A DNA stretch of 29,889 nucleotides, from positions 1 to 29,889 of the forward strand of contig CAWEDJ010000034.1 of assembly GCA_963807635.1 (NCBI GenBank), in the 5' to 3' direction. How positions within the stretch are numbered: the stretch's first letter is position 1; each line of letters starts with the position of its first letter. Under the pieces are notes generated by a model that saw nothing but the letters and a program-made list of their open reading frames with translations, was not told the origin of the DNA and ran no database searches. Shown piece after piece: positions 28,546-29,889 of this stretch. The position numbers and the translations under genes were made by a program. Source of the stretch: an uncultured cyanobacterium. Lineage in GTDB: Bacteria; Cyanobacteriota; Cyanobacteriia; Cyanobacteriales; Microcystaceae.

Positions 28546-29800
28546 ATCTAATCAATATAATCATTTTTAACATTGTATGAGCATAGTTCAAACCACGGTA
28601 GTAAGCTTTAAGATCAACAATGCCAGAGCCAGGATTATCTTCACGGAACTGAGCTAGAAGAAGATGGGATAAATTGACCATGAAAAAAGAAAGGTTAGCC
28701 GCATTAGTAACAGAGGTTTGACCGAGGTTCATAAAATCTTCCAATCCCCAAAACTGCTTGGCATCACGAAAATTAAATTCGATTTGGAAGCGTAGTTTAT
28801 AGTAGTCGATAATTTTGTCATAGGATAAAGTTAAGTCACTGGAAAAGAGAATTACGTGACTGCGTGCATTAGTTTTGAGATTGGTTTTCACCAAAATCAC
28901 TACATTCAGGGACTGGGCAAATTCTTTGTGCAGTAAGGTAGCTTGATAAGTATCGGTTTGGATATCTTCCTCAATAATACTTTGACGCAAATATTCATCA
29001 GAAATATTCTGCCAGTTCAGCTTATCCCCGTATTTACGACGAGAGGGATGATTCGGGTCAGAATGTTGGTAAGGTATATACAGTGCTGAATCATGACGTA
29101 ACTTGGAAATGATGTGGAAGTTAACCTGCTTCGCCATCTGTAAAGCATTGTTGTTTCCAAAATGACCGTCTAAGACCAAGTAAGTGAGGGGAATAAAGTT
29201 TGCTATTAACTTGACTAACTCATTAATCATTTTCTTAATTCGTAATAATTCAGGTGTAAGAACTACCTCTTTTTTATTTTTGTTCTTACTTCCTTTTGGT
29301 CGTCCTCGTTCCCGTTTTTCTTGAGGTTTTACTTCTGGAATTGGCGAGATACTACTTTTTTCTACATCCCTCTTGATTACCTGTTCTATCTGAATCGGAA
29401 ATGAGTGTCTTTGTTCAACACTTACTAACGATAATGTAAAGAAAGATAGTCCCGATATTGGTTTACTGAATAGACTTGAAAAGAACCTATCTAATCCATA
29501 AGTTTTTTTGCCCGCTTTCGTTATCACTACCTCGTCTCCTGCCAGCAAATAAACATCGTTTGGAGAGAACAAATGCCGACGAAAAAATATCCAAAATACT
29601 GTTGCCCAGGGGATGACTGTATGAAAAAATCTCATCACTGTCCGATAACTACCACCAGTTCCTGCCCAACGGGAGATTCCCAACATTGTCACTCGTCCGC
29701 TCATGCCTAACATTGCCATGATAATACGCCTCAACTGACGCATCGTTGTCACTTTTATTTCTGGTACTAGGCATTGCAAGAGTGTTAGTATGTCCAACAT
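28517..29800 (-). CDS. DDE transposase (IS4/IS701-like), probably 3'-truncated near 28560
   Basis: LAGDEVV, VLDGHFG, YYKLRFQIEFNFRDAKQFWG; last ~14 codons read into antitoxin/toxin DNA; window ends in the probable IS end TTGGCTAA. Confidence 0.85.
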   Translation of the reverse strand: MLDILTLLQCLVPEIKVTTMRQLRRIIMAMLGMSGRVTMLGISRWAGTGGSYRTVMRFFHTVIPWATVFWIFFRRHLFSPNDVYLLAGDEVVITKAGKKTYGLDRFFSSLFSKPISGLSFFTLSLVSVEQRHSFPIQIEQVIKRDVEKSSISPIPEVKPQEKRERGRPKGSKNKNKKEVVLTPELLRIKKMINELVKLIANFIPLTYLVLDGHFGNNNALQMAKQVNFHIISKLRHDSALYIPYQHSDPNHPSRRKYGDKLNWQNISDEYLRQSIIEEDIQTDTYQATLLHKEFAQSLNVVILVKTNLKTNARSHVILFSSDLTLSYDKIIDYYKLRFQIEFNFRDAKQFWGLEDFMNLGQTSVTNAANLSFFMVNLSHLLLAQFREDNPGSGIVDLKAYYRGLNYAHTMLKMIILIRFSHFLNSLM

Positions 29801-29889
29801 GGGCTGTCTGTGGTTTTCGAGGTGTTGTTTTTGAAGACTATCACTCTACTACATTCAGTCCTCTCTCTTCATCCGCTTTTTTTGGCTAA

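Overview
Cyanobacterial chromosomal window: psaE, a group-1 sigma factor, and about 30 HIP1 GCGATCGC sites counted by eye. The backbone is housekeeping genes (hisA, folK-NUDIX-photolyase, NarL-type regulator, sigA, purSQ, zur, GH57-like, mutM, psaE) interrupted by four accessory patches. (1) ~1-3 kb: a GTPase-like gene, a decayed COP23 duplicate, an 11-bp periodic array and a PEP-CTERM gene. (2) A free-standing I-Ssp6803I-like PD-(D/E)XK endonuclease gene lies between a near-consensus promoter and an intronless tRNA-Thr(UGU). The predicted TSS is at its ATG and its stop is 1 nt from the tRNA, so it appears to be encoded in the pre-tRNA 5' leader. (3) ~15.7-17.8 kb: a mosaic whose junctions fall on HIP1 or HIP1-like sites. 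(4) 23.3-29.9 kb: a mobile-element pile-up. A Phd/YefM antitoxin gene can be rebuilt in frame after removing an IS701 and a composite unit of two 146-bp MITEs carrying a NACHT gene fragment. Two genes (zur and a membrane glycosyltransferase-like gene) have the same single-C frameshift context, probably a sequencing artefact. All family calls come from motif recognition by eye; no searches were run.
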